Shown: piece by piece, positions 52,634 through 64,000 of the stretch | How positions within the stretch are numbered: position 1 is the first letter of the stretch | Layout: every line of letters begins with the position of its first letter | Assembly: GCA_964057225.1 (NCBI GenBank) | Contig: OZ059899.1 | Span: 15,624,001-15,688,000 of the forward strand | Reading direction: 5' to 3' | DNA: 64,000 bases | Origin: Auanema rhodensis | Lineage: Eukaryota > Animalia > Nematoda | Notes under the pieces: generated by a model | Database searches by the model: none | What the model was told of the DNA's origin: nothing | The model's input: the letters and a program-made list of their open reading frames with translations, nothing else | Program-made: the position numbers and the translations under genes

Positions 52634-54699
52634 ATAAAGAGAAATGGCTGGTCAATACTTGTAAAATAAATTTTAGCTAAATGTAAGATCAAAAAGAAAG
52701 AAATAAGGAACGAACGAATGCAAGAAGCAAAGCTATGCTATGATTAGAACACGACGAAGCGGAATGATTAGTTTGTTCGTATATGACGTGTCTGAGTGAG
52801 AAGTAGCCAAACCGGGAGGAGAAACATCGAATAAAATTGATGTTCGGATGAAGAAAAGGTAACAACAACATTGGCATGGCATTGAAAAAGTTACGATTGA
52901 TATGATTTAGAAAGTAATTTTATTTTTTGAAACATACATTGTTGAGGAAAAAAGAGATAGTTCTGTGGCGTTGTGGGGTGAGCTCGTAAGCTGAAAGATG
53001 AAGCCAATGAGTCATGAGCGGATGAAACATCATGTAGGAACATCATTGTATTGGTACAGGTGGTGAAGATTTGATTTGATTAGAAGAGAGACAATAGAAT
53101 AATGAGATAGTGTTAGAGAAGAAATTTAAGAGAGAGATAGAGAGAGAGAGAAAGGAAAAGAGAAGACTGTAAGAGATTAGAATTGTGAAGATCAAATTTA
53201 TATAGAGATATACATAGACTATAGATGTTTATATGTTAACTGTTGAGGTTAAAAGGAATCATTAGATGATGTAATAATGAGAGATTAAAAGGGAAATTAT
53301 AGAAGAGGGGAAAAGAAAGAGGGAGAGAGAGAGAGAATACGGTGAAGCTTTAGCCGAATGCTCAGGACATTCAAATCGCATTCCTATTGAAGACATCTGA
53401 CTGGATGGCTGTAAAAGAATGTACTGACTGTCAGACTATAACTACTCATAGAACACGCAAATTGAAGAGAAATTAGAGAGAAAGAGAAAGAGAGAGAGGG
53501 AAAAGGGAGACTGAAATGTTCTCTTAGTGTTTGTTTTATGAAATACAAGAGAAAATCATCATTAGTTGTTGAAGAGGAAGAAGAGAATTACGCAAAAGTC
53601 CTTCTGAACATCAGACAACATGATGCACAAGCTGGATGCTGACGAGAAATATTCTCATCTTATCAATACAACATGATTTCAAAGATTAATCAAACGTTTA
53701 CATGATCGTAAAATTCAAAAAATGTCTTCTAGACGAGATGATTGTACTTCTTCGAAGAGAAGACAAATTCATTCATTCACCTCATAAAGCCGTTCGCTCT
53801 TCCTTTCTCTCTCTCTCTCCCGCTGGCTTCTTACATCATCTCCCTTCAATCTGGCATACCTCAATCTTTCCTAATACGGTTAATCGCTGTATCTCCAGAT
53901 TGATGACGTCATATACTGTAGAATAGGTAATTCTCAATCAATGCTGTATATGCAAATCAAGTTGCACACATACAGTAAAGGATTATTTAATAATTAAGTT
54001 TTTAATGAACAAAGCTGAAATATAACGTTGTTTGAAGGAAATATTCTGAAAATGATGAAACAAGGCTGGAGGATTTTCAGAACAAAGAGATTTAAGAAGA
54101 AGCCGAACACATTGCTGGACGGAGAAACGGAGGGAAGCTTAAGAAGACCAAGACGACGTGGACAACGTCTAATGAACTTGTTGGAGAGTATGGTGTGGAA
54201 AAGGTGGAAGATACGAAGAGGACAGGAAGAGGGGAGGGGAGAGTATGCTGGGGCTGTCCTGTCTCGTTAAAGCTTAGCAAACTCAGTTCTTCGGAATAAA
54301 TGGCGATTGAGATGAAATAACATAAAGAGTATATGTACATACATACATACATATATGTATATCTATCTATCTATATGTATATAGGTAAATAGAATTCTCA
54401 GACAGAGAGACAGAGAGGGAAAAGAATGAATGAGAGAGACTAGCCATATGAGATGAAGGAGAGAGCAGCCCCCCAGCTGAAACATGTGCTCAGCTCTCCA
54501 GTATGGCATTATGTTTGATGCCTTTTCAATTGAAAAATGTAGTAAAGTAAAAGAATGAAAGATAAAGAGACTAAAAGATAGAGAGAGATTGAGAGAGAGA
54601 GAGAAGTATAGAACAACTCCTGAACTCTTTTCATGAGCATAAACGGAAACAATTCAATAAGAGAAAATTGAAAGAGAATCATATAAGAGAAATAAAGAA

Positions 54700-54702
<3 letters not shown>

Positions 54703-54762
<60 letters not shown>

Positions 54763-54769
54763 GAGAGAG
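54703..54769. repeat. (GA)n microsatellite
   Basis: Directly visible. Confidence 0.95.
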
Positions 54770-55621
54770 GAAATCATTCAATTTTTTGTTGATTTATAAA
54801 ACATATGTTTATCAACAAAATAATAAATAAGAAAGAAAGTCTAATCATTTTCAAATTCCAAAGGTAAATTGAAGGAAATAAAAGTAAAGTAGCAACATAT
54901 ATAGAAAGAGAGAATATATGGTTCAATGCAATAGGAAACAGAATAAAATATCAAATTTCATAGAAAATTTGAAAGAAAAAGTTTTGAAGAAAAAAGAATT
55001 CGTACCGCTTAATTGAAATAAGCTGAAGTTGAAGTTACTTGAAGCAAGTTGTACAGTAGGTGAAGTCTATAAAGAAAAAAAATATAAGAAGGAAACCGTA
55101 TAATCATAAGAAAAAATAAAAAAAAAACAATAAAAAACGAAATTAAAATGAAAAAAAATTGATTGATATGATATGAGATGGGGGGTGGGGTGAGAGGGGG
55201 AGGAGAAGGTGAGAATATGAAAATAATCGATTATAAGGAATTTTTGGACAAAAAAAGGGCAAAGCAATGATAAAGGATGGGACATAAAAGAATTAATAGA
55301 CTGATATAGTTAAGATGAGCATAATACGGATAAACAAACAAATAAACAAACAATATGAGATAACATGCACGTTAGAGTGAGGAGAGATGATGGGGGGTGG
55401 AGATTGGGAAACTGACAAAACGGGCCACAAAGCATTAAGATGAAAAGCGAAAAGGAATATTTGGAAAGAAGGACCAATGTGACAATGAGTTGAAGGGCAG
55501 CAATTAACGTATTAGATGAGTTGAGATGACGATAGTAAGAGATTAACTAAATATATGAATAAGATGAAGAGAGTTAAGAGAAATGGAGTGTGAATACCAG
55601 AGGTTATACATAGACAATGAG

Positions 55622-55673
<52 letters not shown>

Positions 55674-56190
55674 GTATCTTATTCATACAAATGTATGAGA
55701 AAATGGTAAAAATTTCATTGAAATGACCAAAATGCATAATATTGTATATTCTGTCTGTAATGATGTTATGAATTCATCTCAGATAACCTCTTTGTATCCG
55801 GAAATTAGACAATTTTTCAGGCGGAAAGGTAAGTCTTTGACACCTTTACCTATGTATGTCTACTATTCATATAACTTATACTATATAGTTTATATAGTAA
55901 GGAAATAGAAAGAAACAAACAAGAGAAACAAGAGATGTGAAGATGGTTGTGTGGAGTACTAAGTTCAGGTTATCGTCGGAAGAACGATAATTACAGGTCG
56001 GACGTTAATACCTATACACATAACTAACTAGAATTTAGTTATTCAATTCATAATATAGTGACGTCATTTACTATATGAAGGTAAAAGATGAATAGAATGA
56101 CTTAGAAGTTGATGAAAATGAATGTTACAGACATAGAAGAAGAAGAGACAACAAATCAGAGTAAAAGAATAACATACTGGACACAAGGCC

Positions 56191-56224
<34 letters not shown>

Positions 56225-59200
56225 GAGGGGGAGGAAGAGCATCCAGAATCCACTTGTTATTTCATATATGGCTTTATCATTTAATATTTATACATAATTG
56301 AGTATATTTTTAGAATAAAAAAATATCTGAAAGAGAAGAAGGAAGAGAAGATTATCATCAAAATCCTTGTTATTCCTCTTTTTTTCATCCAAAAGTAGAA
56401 TCAACAGCATAAGCTGTACAGACTGTAGTCATGAAATAGCCTACAAGTAGAATATCGTCAATGCTGCTGTGAAGCTGCTCTACATCGACGTCAACAGAAG
56501 TTTGTGAAAACTTGTTATATTCATAATCTATGTGATACATGAGATACGTACGTATTTAGAGGGAGAAAATCTGAAAGAGAAAGAGGGATTGGAACTTGTT
56601 AAATCCACAGTTCCCCCTCTCTCTCAATCTCCCTCTCTCTCTCTCTCCCTCTCTATCATCTGATAGTATTTATTATTTGTATAAACATATAATACATAAT
56701 CGAACTAGGGAACAAGTTTGAAACTTCGAAAATAGCATGATCACCGTTAGTCGGTCCAAATAAGAGGATGGCAGGAGGGAGAGGGCAAAGTGTAAAAGCA
56801 AAGGATGAGCACGAGACAAGCTTGAGCTTGATGTTGGACGAATGAATGTCGAATGTATCGTCATCGCCTTCATTTTCATGGGTCTCAATGTCATACGAAA
56901 TTCTGAATAGTCGACTTTTCATTGGGTTAAAGAACTGAAGGGATATGTCCAACATGGGTGGCATTGCAACATGAAGATGACAATGACAGAGAAAAGGGAG
57001 AGAGAGAGAAAAAGGAGAAGGAGAAAGAGGAGGAGAAGAGGTGAGATTGAGAGAAAGAGAGAGAAAAGTGAATAAGAGAGAGAGAATAGTAGATAGTTTT
57101 CTTCTTCTTTCTCTATCAACTTCTGGCTTTTCTCTTTAACCTCTCCAGGGACCCGTTTTTCTGAACAAAATTTCACAATTTCTGACACTGATGGAAGTAA
57201 GTAAAAGCGAAAGAAAGAGGAAGTGAAAGAGAAAACGAGAAAGATACAACGTGTAGATGTGATCAGAGGAGTATGAGCTAGTCATTTGGCCATAAATGGC
57301 TGACGTCGGCAAAAGCCTAAAAGAAACGAGCAAAAGGAAGCTGACAGTCAAAGTTGGTATTGAATATGGATTTCGAGCTTAAGCTGCTAGCTTTTAATGG
57401 CTTTTCAATGAAAAAATGTTGAATATGATGGTGTAAGTGACCATAAAGAAGAATTATTTGCCGCCTTTTTTTGTGTGGAAAGAAAGTTTTAAGCTGATCG
57501 ATGGATAGAAGAAGATATTTTTTGACTGAAAATCAACAAAAAGAGAAACGAATGAGTGAGAGAGAAAGGAACAAAGAAGGAAAGAGGGAGAGAGAAAGAG
57601 AGAGAGATAGAGGGAAAGCATGACGGAGTTGTCAAATGTAGATTAAAGCTATTTACTTTCAATCATCCATCAAGTTCAAATACTGTTCATTTTTTTGAAA
57701 AAAGTCAAAATAATTGAGAAAAAAAGTTTTTTTTCCCCAAAAAAAGAAGAAATTAAAGAAAAATAGATATTGTTCATTAGATGAATGGCATATGTCTATC
57801 CAGAGATGTGACATTCAAGTAAAGAAATAGCTGAATCAGCCTGAAACTGATGGATGTCACGATGGCTTCAAGCTCCAGCTGAACTGACTCAAAACCAGCA
57901 GAAAGCTACGATGGGCTAGCCACACGAGCGGACAGTGGTTTGCTAGTCCATCTGTGGTGGACGTCTGACTGAGCTATGTCGCGTGCAGTCGCATTCCCAA
58001 TGGCTATTTATTCATCTGATATCAGAGATATCATCTGATGGAACATGACACGATGAAGCTTGAGCACAATCACCCACAGAAAGACAGACAGATAGATCCG
58101 AACTTCATCAACTGGATAGATAGAAGGATATTAAATGAACTTTAAAGAAATAAAAAGGCTTCTCGATCTACAAGAAGTTTTTTTGTCATAAAGGATTACA
58201 AATTATGGATGCTTACAGTTTACTTTATCGTTGAAGATAACCGATACGCATAATACCTGATTTATTCACCGTATGTAATAATGGTTTCTTTACTAATTCT
58301 TCATTCTATGAATCATAAGAACTCAGAAAATTCGTAGGAAAGACAACAAGCTGGGCTTAGCTTGAGACAAGAACCAGGCAAGATGACTTCATGCTTCATC
58401 AACTGGCATGAGAAAGAGAAAAAGCAAAAGAAGCAGATGTGCTTTAGTTCGTAAACGACATCGACAACGATGACTACGAAGCTGAAACTGAAACATAAAG
58501 ACAGGAAAGTGAGAATTAGAGGTTATAGAGAGAGAGAGAGAGAGAAGCAGTGAGAGATGGGAGCAGTTAGGAACATGTGCTTATAGAGAGAATAAGATAG
58601 ATAGAGAGGGAGAGGGAGAGGGAGAGAGAGGAACCATGGAAGGAAAGGCGGTTGGTTGCAGACTAATCCAGTGATTTAGACCATTTTCGTTTCAATTACC
58701 CGTCATCGATGGATGCAAAAGCCTCAAATGACCAGTGAAAGTCTAATCTAGTCGGGTCTGCCTTTCAAGGCTTCTTCACAGAAACGAATTATGGAAAAAA
58801 ATAAAAAATAGAGTATAAAATGATTTCAACTTGTGATGGAAAAGCATAGGAGAAGCATCTGAAGTTAATGCCCCGAGGGGAATGATTTGGAAAAGATCAC
58901 CGGATTTCGGACCACCCATAGAGTTAGACAGAAGGCTTGATGTTAGGTGTGTTAGTATGTATGGGTAAGTTCTTCGTTGAAGCACTTCAGTCAGTCAGAA
59001 GTACGAAATAAAGAAACCGGAGACAGCTAGTGAGAAATGTTATGAAAGGTTATACAACAACCTGGGCCAATGACCAAATAAGAGAGTAAGAGAAAGAAAG
59101 AGAGCTAGAGATGAATGAAAAGGATAGAATTGAGGAAAAGCCGGAAGAAGTTCGTTCAATACCATTATATGGAAGTCTCTAGTACTAAATGAATGTAAAG

Positions 59201-59307
59201 AACGAGATTTAAAGTCTGAAATTGGCTTCCGGAAAACTGGAGAGACAACTGGTTTGTAGGACTGTGGGTAATGGTGTAAGAACAAGAGTTGAATACTGAA
59301 ACGCATG

Positions 59308-59310
<3 letters not shown>

Positions 59311-59367
<57 letters not shown>
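59311..59367. repeat. (GA)n microsatellite, ~28 units
   Basis: Perfect GA run. Confidence 0.97.
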
Positions 59368-59372
<5 letters not shown>

Positions 59373-62300
59373 AGGAATAGAAAGAGAAAAGAATGGAGAA
59401 GAACGCTCGAGCCTATCCAACCAGTAGATCCTCCAAGCAACGAAAGAACAGCTGGCTTTGACGTATAAAGAAGTTGATGGAGGTAGTAATTGAGAAAAAG
59501 AAATGCGTCAATACGATCAGAAGAACTATATGCAGCAGAATTAATATAAATGTTGAAACATACAGCAATTTACTTGAAAAACGGCAACTTTAGTTCAAGT
59601 GAGTCAAACGGCAAGCGTTGAAAGCATAACAGCATTTAAATACTGGAGAATAGGTTTTGGCTCGAATTGAAGCAAGACAACGCAACATGAGCATTGTATT
59701 AGCTTGGCTAATCAAGTTGCAGAGCAGTAGTCATGCTGGTGAGCTTGGTCAAATGAAGAGAACAAGAGTTCAAAAACCTGAGAGATGGGTGGGCTGAAGC
59801 AGAGGTAAGGAAGGAAGGAATTAGAGGAACAAGAAGATGAAGAAGCATTGATGAGGAAATGAAAAAACGAATAGAACTGAGCAGATAAGATGGAACAGAA
59901 ATTGGAATGAAGTAGGAAGCTAACTGGTTCCAATTAGGATGAATTGATACAACATACAACGTCTTATCAATTGATTTGATAAAAATTGATTTGATATGAT
60001 TAGCTTTTGATTGTGAGTGATGTTGATTGAATTGTTAGAAAGGGAAAGGTAATGAGAAAAGGAAATGAGAGAGTGAGAGAAAGAGAGAGAATATGAGAAG
60101 GGAATAGCAGATGAAGTGAGAAGAAAACCATAGATGTCGCTATTCGAGACGCATGCGCTGCTCATGTAATAGGCACTTCCACCTGGATATAGAACATAAA
60201 ATATTTAATTTTAGCATAGTTAATATATATTTATGTGTATAGAAATATAATAAAGTAGAAATATCACGTGGTTAGAGTGAAATGAGATGAATTGGTTGAA
60301 TACAACGACGTCAACGAAGAAGAAGCAGAAGAAGAAGAAGAATGCAGCCGATCATAACTTTGATTACAACCAAAAATGAAGTTCAGCATTTGAATGGAAA
60401 AGTGTGTGTACATGTGATGAGTCAGCTATATATGGAGGAAGAGGTTCAAACTGTTAAAATGAAATTGATAGTTAAATGGAAATGAAAATTTTAATAAAGT
60501 TCAAAAGCTTTCAACCAACTGAAGAGGAAGAGATAGCAGGTACCCGGAGAGATAGAGAGAGAGAGAGAGAGAGCTCTGCTCATCTACCTAAAAGGAATGA
60601 AAGTGCAAAAACGTAATGAGAAGATTAAGCTTTGATTATGAGCAAAATTAAGCGAACAAAGATTGGGCGATTGCAGCTGGAGAAGCCGGAAAAAGCTTCT
60701 GACCAAATGAGATTCAGAAGATAAGAAGCTTTTCATGCCCGGCTTTCAAAGCCTTCATACCTTCAAGCTATTTATCCTTATCATAATCATAAGCTTGCTA
60801 AGCGATAACAAGCATAATAAAGCCTTGCTCTAAGAGAATTCGATGAGCTTCGATGCTGATGACTTTGGCTTTTCACAAGACAATACGTTAAAGAAAGAGC
60901 TACAACACAACGATGACAACGGACGTGGTAGAGCATGGCTAAGCCAACCACTACCAATTCTCGTTATTTTTTTACTTCAAATATAGAAGTTTTTTGGACC
61001 GGAAGTTGAACGATGAAAAAAAAGAAGTTTTCTTCTGTTTGGCTAAGCTTATATGAAGTAGTGGAAATGATTATTGATGTTGTTGTTGTTGTTTTTCTCT
61101 GTTTTCACATCATCATCATCATCATCATCAACATCATCATCATGATTATTTAATAATTTGAAGTCACATCCGTGGTACAGCCGACGTTTTTCAAAATATA
61201 AAAAGAAATTTTCAGAATCTATTTGCTATTTCAGATTTTTTTTATTCAAAAAATCTTTTAGTTCAATAGATTATAAACAGAAAGCTGGTAAATGAGTAGT
61301 AGCTTAACCATGTACAAACAGCAACACATATAGGTTGTCATCTTCTGGATAGAACATATGAAGTTTGCGAATAAGCGATAAGTTGCTAGCAATGCTGCAA
61401 CAGGTGAAGAAGTTATTCAAAACATATTATTGAAGAAAGAGTAGGTGTATGAAAGAAAAAGTACAAAAATGGCCAACACATCGCTATTGCTTGAGGGCAT
61501 TTTTCGACAATTTTGATGAAAAGTAAGAAAGACAGAAACAACAACAAAGTCGTTAGACATAGACATGGATGTGTTATGAAGTTGAATGAGTTGAAATGGC
61601 ACGTCGGTGGTCAACGAGGACCACATTCGAAACAGATGAATAAGATTTTGATGTTGAAAGAGCTAACTGACGAAGAAGTAGGATGTGCAGAGAGAGAGAG
61701 AGAGAGAAAGAAAGAGAGCGTAGTTGAAGGGCAGTTAGAGAGGTTAAGGCAAAGCAACATTTGAACCGGACACTTCCGATGAGTTTACTTCGGATGCAAA
61801 TCGTCTCCGTCGGCTCATTATGAAGCTAATGATCCTTAGAGTTACTCTATCGCCTTGTAAGCAAAGTTTATATATATTTCGTTCAAATAATATATACTTA
61901 AGTATATGATAGCATAGTTAGTACATATAAAATCAAATAATCAATAATTCTTTTAATTTAAATTTGTTTTTATAATTTCAAGTGAGAAAAATGAAAAAAA
62001 ACTTAAACACAAACAAATAAACAAAATTGACTCAGAGGGAAGATTTTCTTAATTTCTTTCCAAATTTCTAAGAAAATGCCAAAAGAAGATTTTTCCAAGG
62101 ATTATTTCCATATGTTTTTCGTATGGATTTACTTACTAGCCAACAAACTCGTTAAGAGTGAGAGGGACGGAAGAAAGGATGGACGAAGGGAGAGAGAGAC
62201 AGAGAGACCAAAAACAAAAAAAAATTTCAAAATTGTTGCTTTGACCGAGTAATAAGGGAAAAAAACTGAAATTATATATTTTTTAAAAGAAAGAAATAGG

Positions 62301-63884
62301 TTATATTATAAACAATAGAAGGATAATACCTCTTGATAGAGTACTTCAAATGGACATATGAGAGAGTACGATAAAGAGAGAGAAAGAGAGGGCGGAGAGA
62401 ACGTGAGAGATAGAGAGGAAGATAGACATGAAAGATGCTCTATGAGTCATTTATCAATAACGAATGGCAAAAATCCAAAAAGTATAGAAGATAGATAGAG
62501 GTGAAGAAGGAAGATATAACAAGAATGATTTCAAAATAAAATATAAAAACATTCGGAAAATTTGGAAGAAATCAGAAAAAATATTTTACAATGATACAAA
62601 CAAAATGAAAAAATATAAATTACTTGAAATATGGGTCATGCTTGACTACGACGAATCATAGAGGAGAAAATAGATGTGGACATGGCTTGTTTTTGATTTG
62701 TATATCAGTTGAGTTCAGGAATTTGTATGTTTCAAAGGCATTTAATAAAAAACTCAAAAAAATCAGAAATGATTCTCAATCAAGTACATGCGGGTGAAAT
62801 AAAAAAAGAGTTTTAGTTAGATATGTATGGAGTGATAGCAGATGGAAGTTTTTGAGGAAGAACGTCCTAGTCCAAAAGTTCAGGAGGAGGACAGCATTGC
62901 ATCATCATCATCATCATCAACAACATTCGGACATGAGATTCGACAAGAAGAGAAGAAGAACAATATTGTGATTGTTGAATTCTTGTATGTTATAACAGAT
63001 GATGATGATGATGATGAGAAGGAGGATAAGATGGATAGAAGGCAGAGAAAACAAAGTACAACAGAAGGAGAATAGTTGAAAAATCTCAAAATGTTTTAAT
63101 AAGATTGATAGCAAAATTTTAAGTTGAAAAACATACGTCAGCTACAAATGTGATAAAGATATACAATTTACATTTCAAACTTGTTAAACAACTTGAACGC
63201 TTGATAAGTGAAAGAGAAGGTAACTTTAACTTCTGAAGAGAGCAAGAGGGAGAGGGAGAGGAAGATTGAGGATAGTTCACATGTTGTTTTCCAACTAACC
63301 ATATAGATATACGAAGTAATATATTCATAATGATAGCAGAGATAGCGTATGGGAAGGAACAACCTCTCAGAAATCCTGAGTTCGAACACTCAAAAGAAGA
63401 TTAGTGAACGCAGAGAGGTATTAGAACGGAGAAACGAAAGCGATCTCCCTTGTGAAAGCTATAACACTAAGGACAAATCTATTCTTTCAAGCCATAAGAA
63501 GAGAACTTCTTTGAAAAAGTGAAGAGAAATCCCTTTCACCATTTTTCCCACACCCTCCTCTCTTTCTCACCCTCTCTGGCTCTCTCTTGCACTCACTGTC
63601 ACAGTAAACTTGTCCAATATTCCAGCTTTTTCATTCCTTTCCTCAAGCCAAGTTGTTCTCCCATCGTTCTTTCGTGATATTCCTCTACTAGATGGCATGT
63701 TTGCATGTCAAATAGCAATTGAAGGACTACCCTGGGGGTGGGGGGAGAGAAAAGGGTTGAACGGAAAGAGTTAACGGAAAATCAAACGAAAATAATCCGG
63801 CGAATACCAAAAAAAACCTTAATAGTAATATCGAAATACTTATTTACTAATTCTCATTAATTGAACTACATACAGAAGAAAGAG

Positions 63885-63924
<40 letters not shown>

Positions 63925-64000
63925 GAGTTGGAAGCAAGAGCTTGGAGAAGTCTTTTTTTCAAATTAAAAACAACAAAAGTGGAAAGTTTTATCAAGAAAG

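Noticed and set aside
11400-64000. Dozens of 60-220-aa ORFs rich in SL/ER/F repeats in the ORF track
   Set aside because: They are translations of (CT)n/(GA)n tracts and low-complexity DNA, with no domains or coherent splice structure.
1-64000. CRISPR arrays, rRNA, intact tRNA, telomeric arrays, prokaryotic systems
   Set aside because: None seen; the sequence is intron-containing nematode DNA.

Overview
This is eukaryotic DNA from a rhabditid (clade V-like) nematode, judged from TTTCAG acceptors, ~43-50-nt introns and trans-splice sites directly before ATGs. Most entries in the supplied ORF track are exon fragments or microsatellite artefacts, so genes were assembled by hand across GT-AG introns. 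The window has two domains. (1) About 1-11.4 kb is compact and AT-rich. It holds a probable two-gene operon on the minus strand (phf-5/PHF5A, then a gamma-tubulin complex GCP3/gip-1-like gene). It also holds a divergent ciliary tmem-17 gene with an X-box, and a convergent HAM-2-like triple C2H2 zinc-finger gene. (2) About 11.4-64 kb is gene-poor and dense in (GA)n/(CT)n tracts. It contains one long minus-strand gene, an ANKRD50-like P-loop/ankyrin protein (37.3-49.4 kb), plus possible decayed transposon and tRNA-derived relics. The most intriguing unexplained feature is a ~190-nt multi-stem element in the 728-nt third intron of tmem-17, a candidate unannotated ncRNA. No database search or folding program could be run, and I found no clearly novel multi-gene system.
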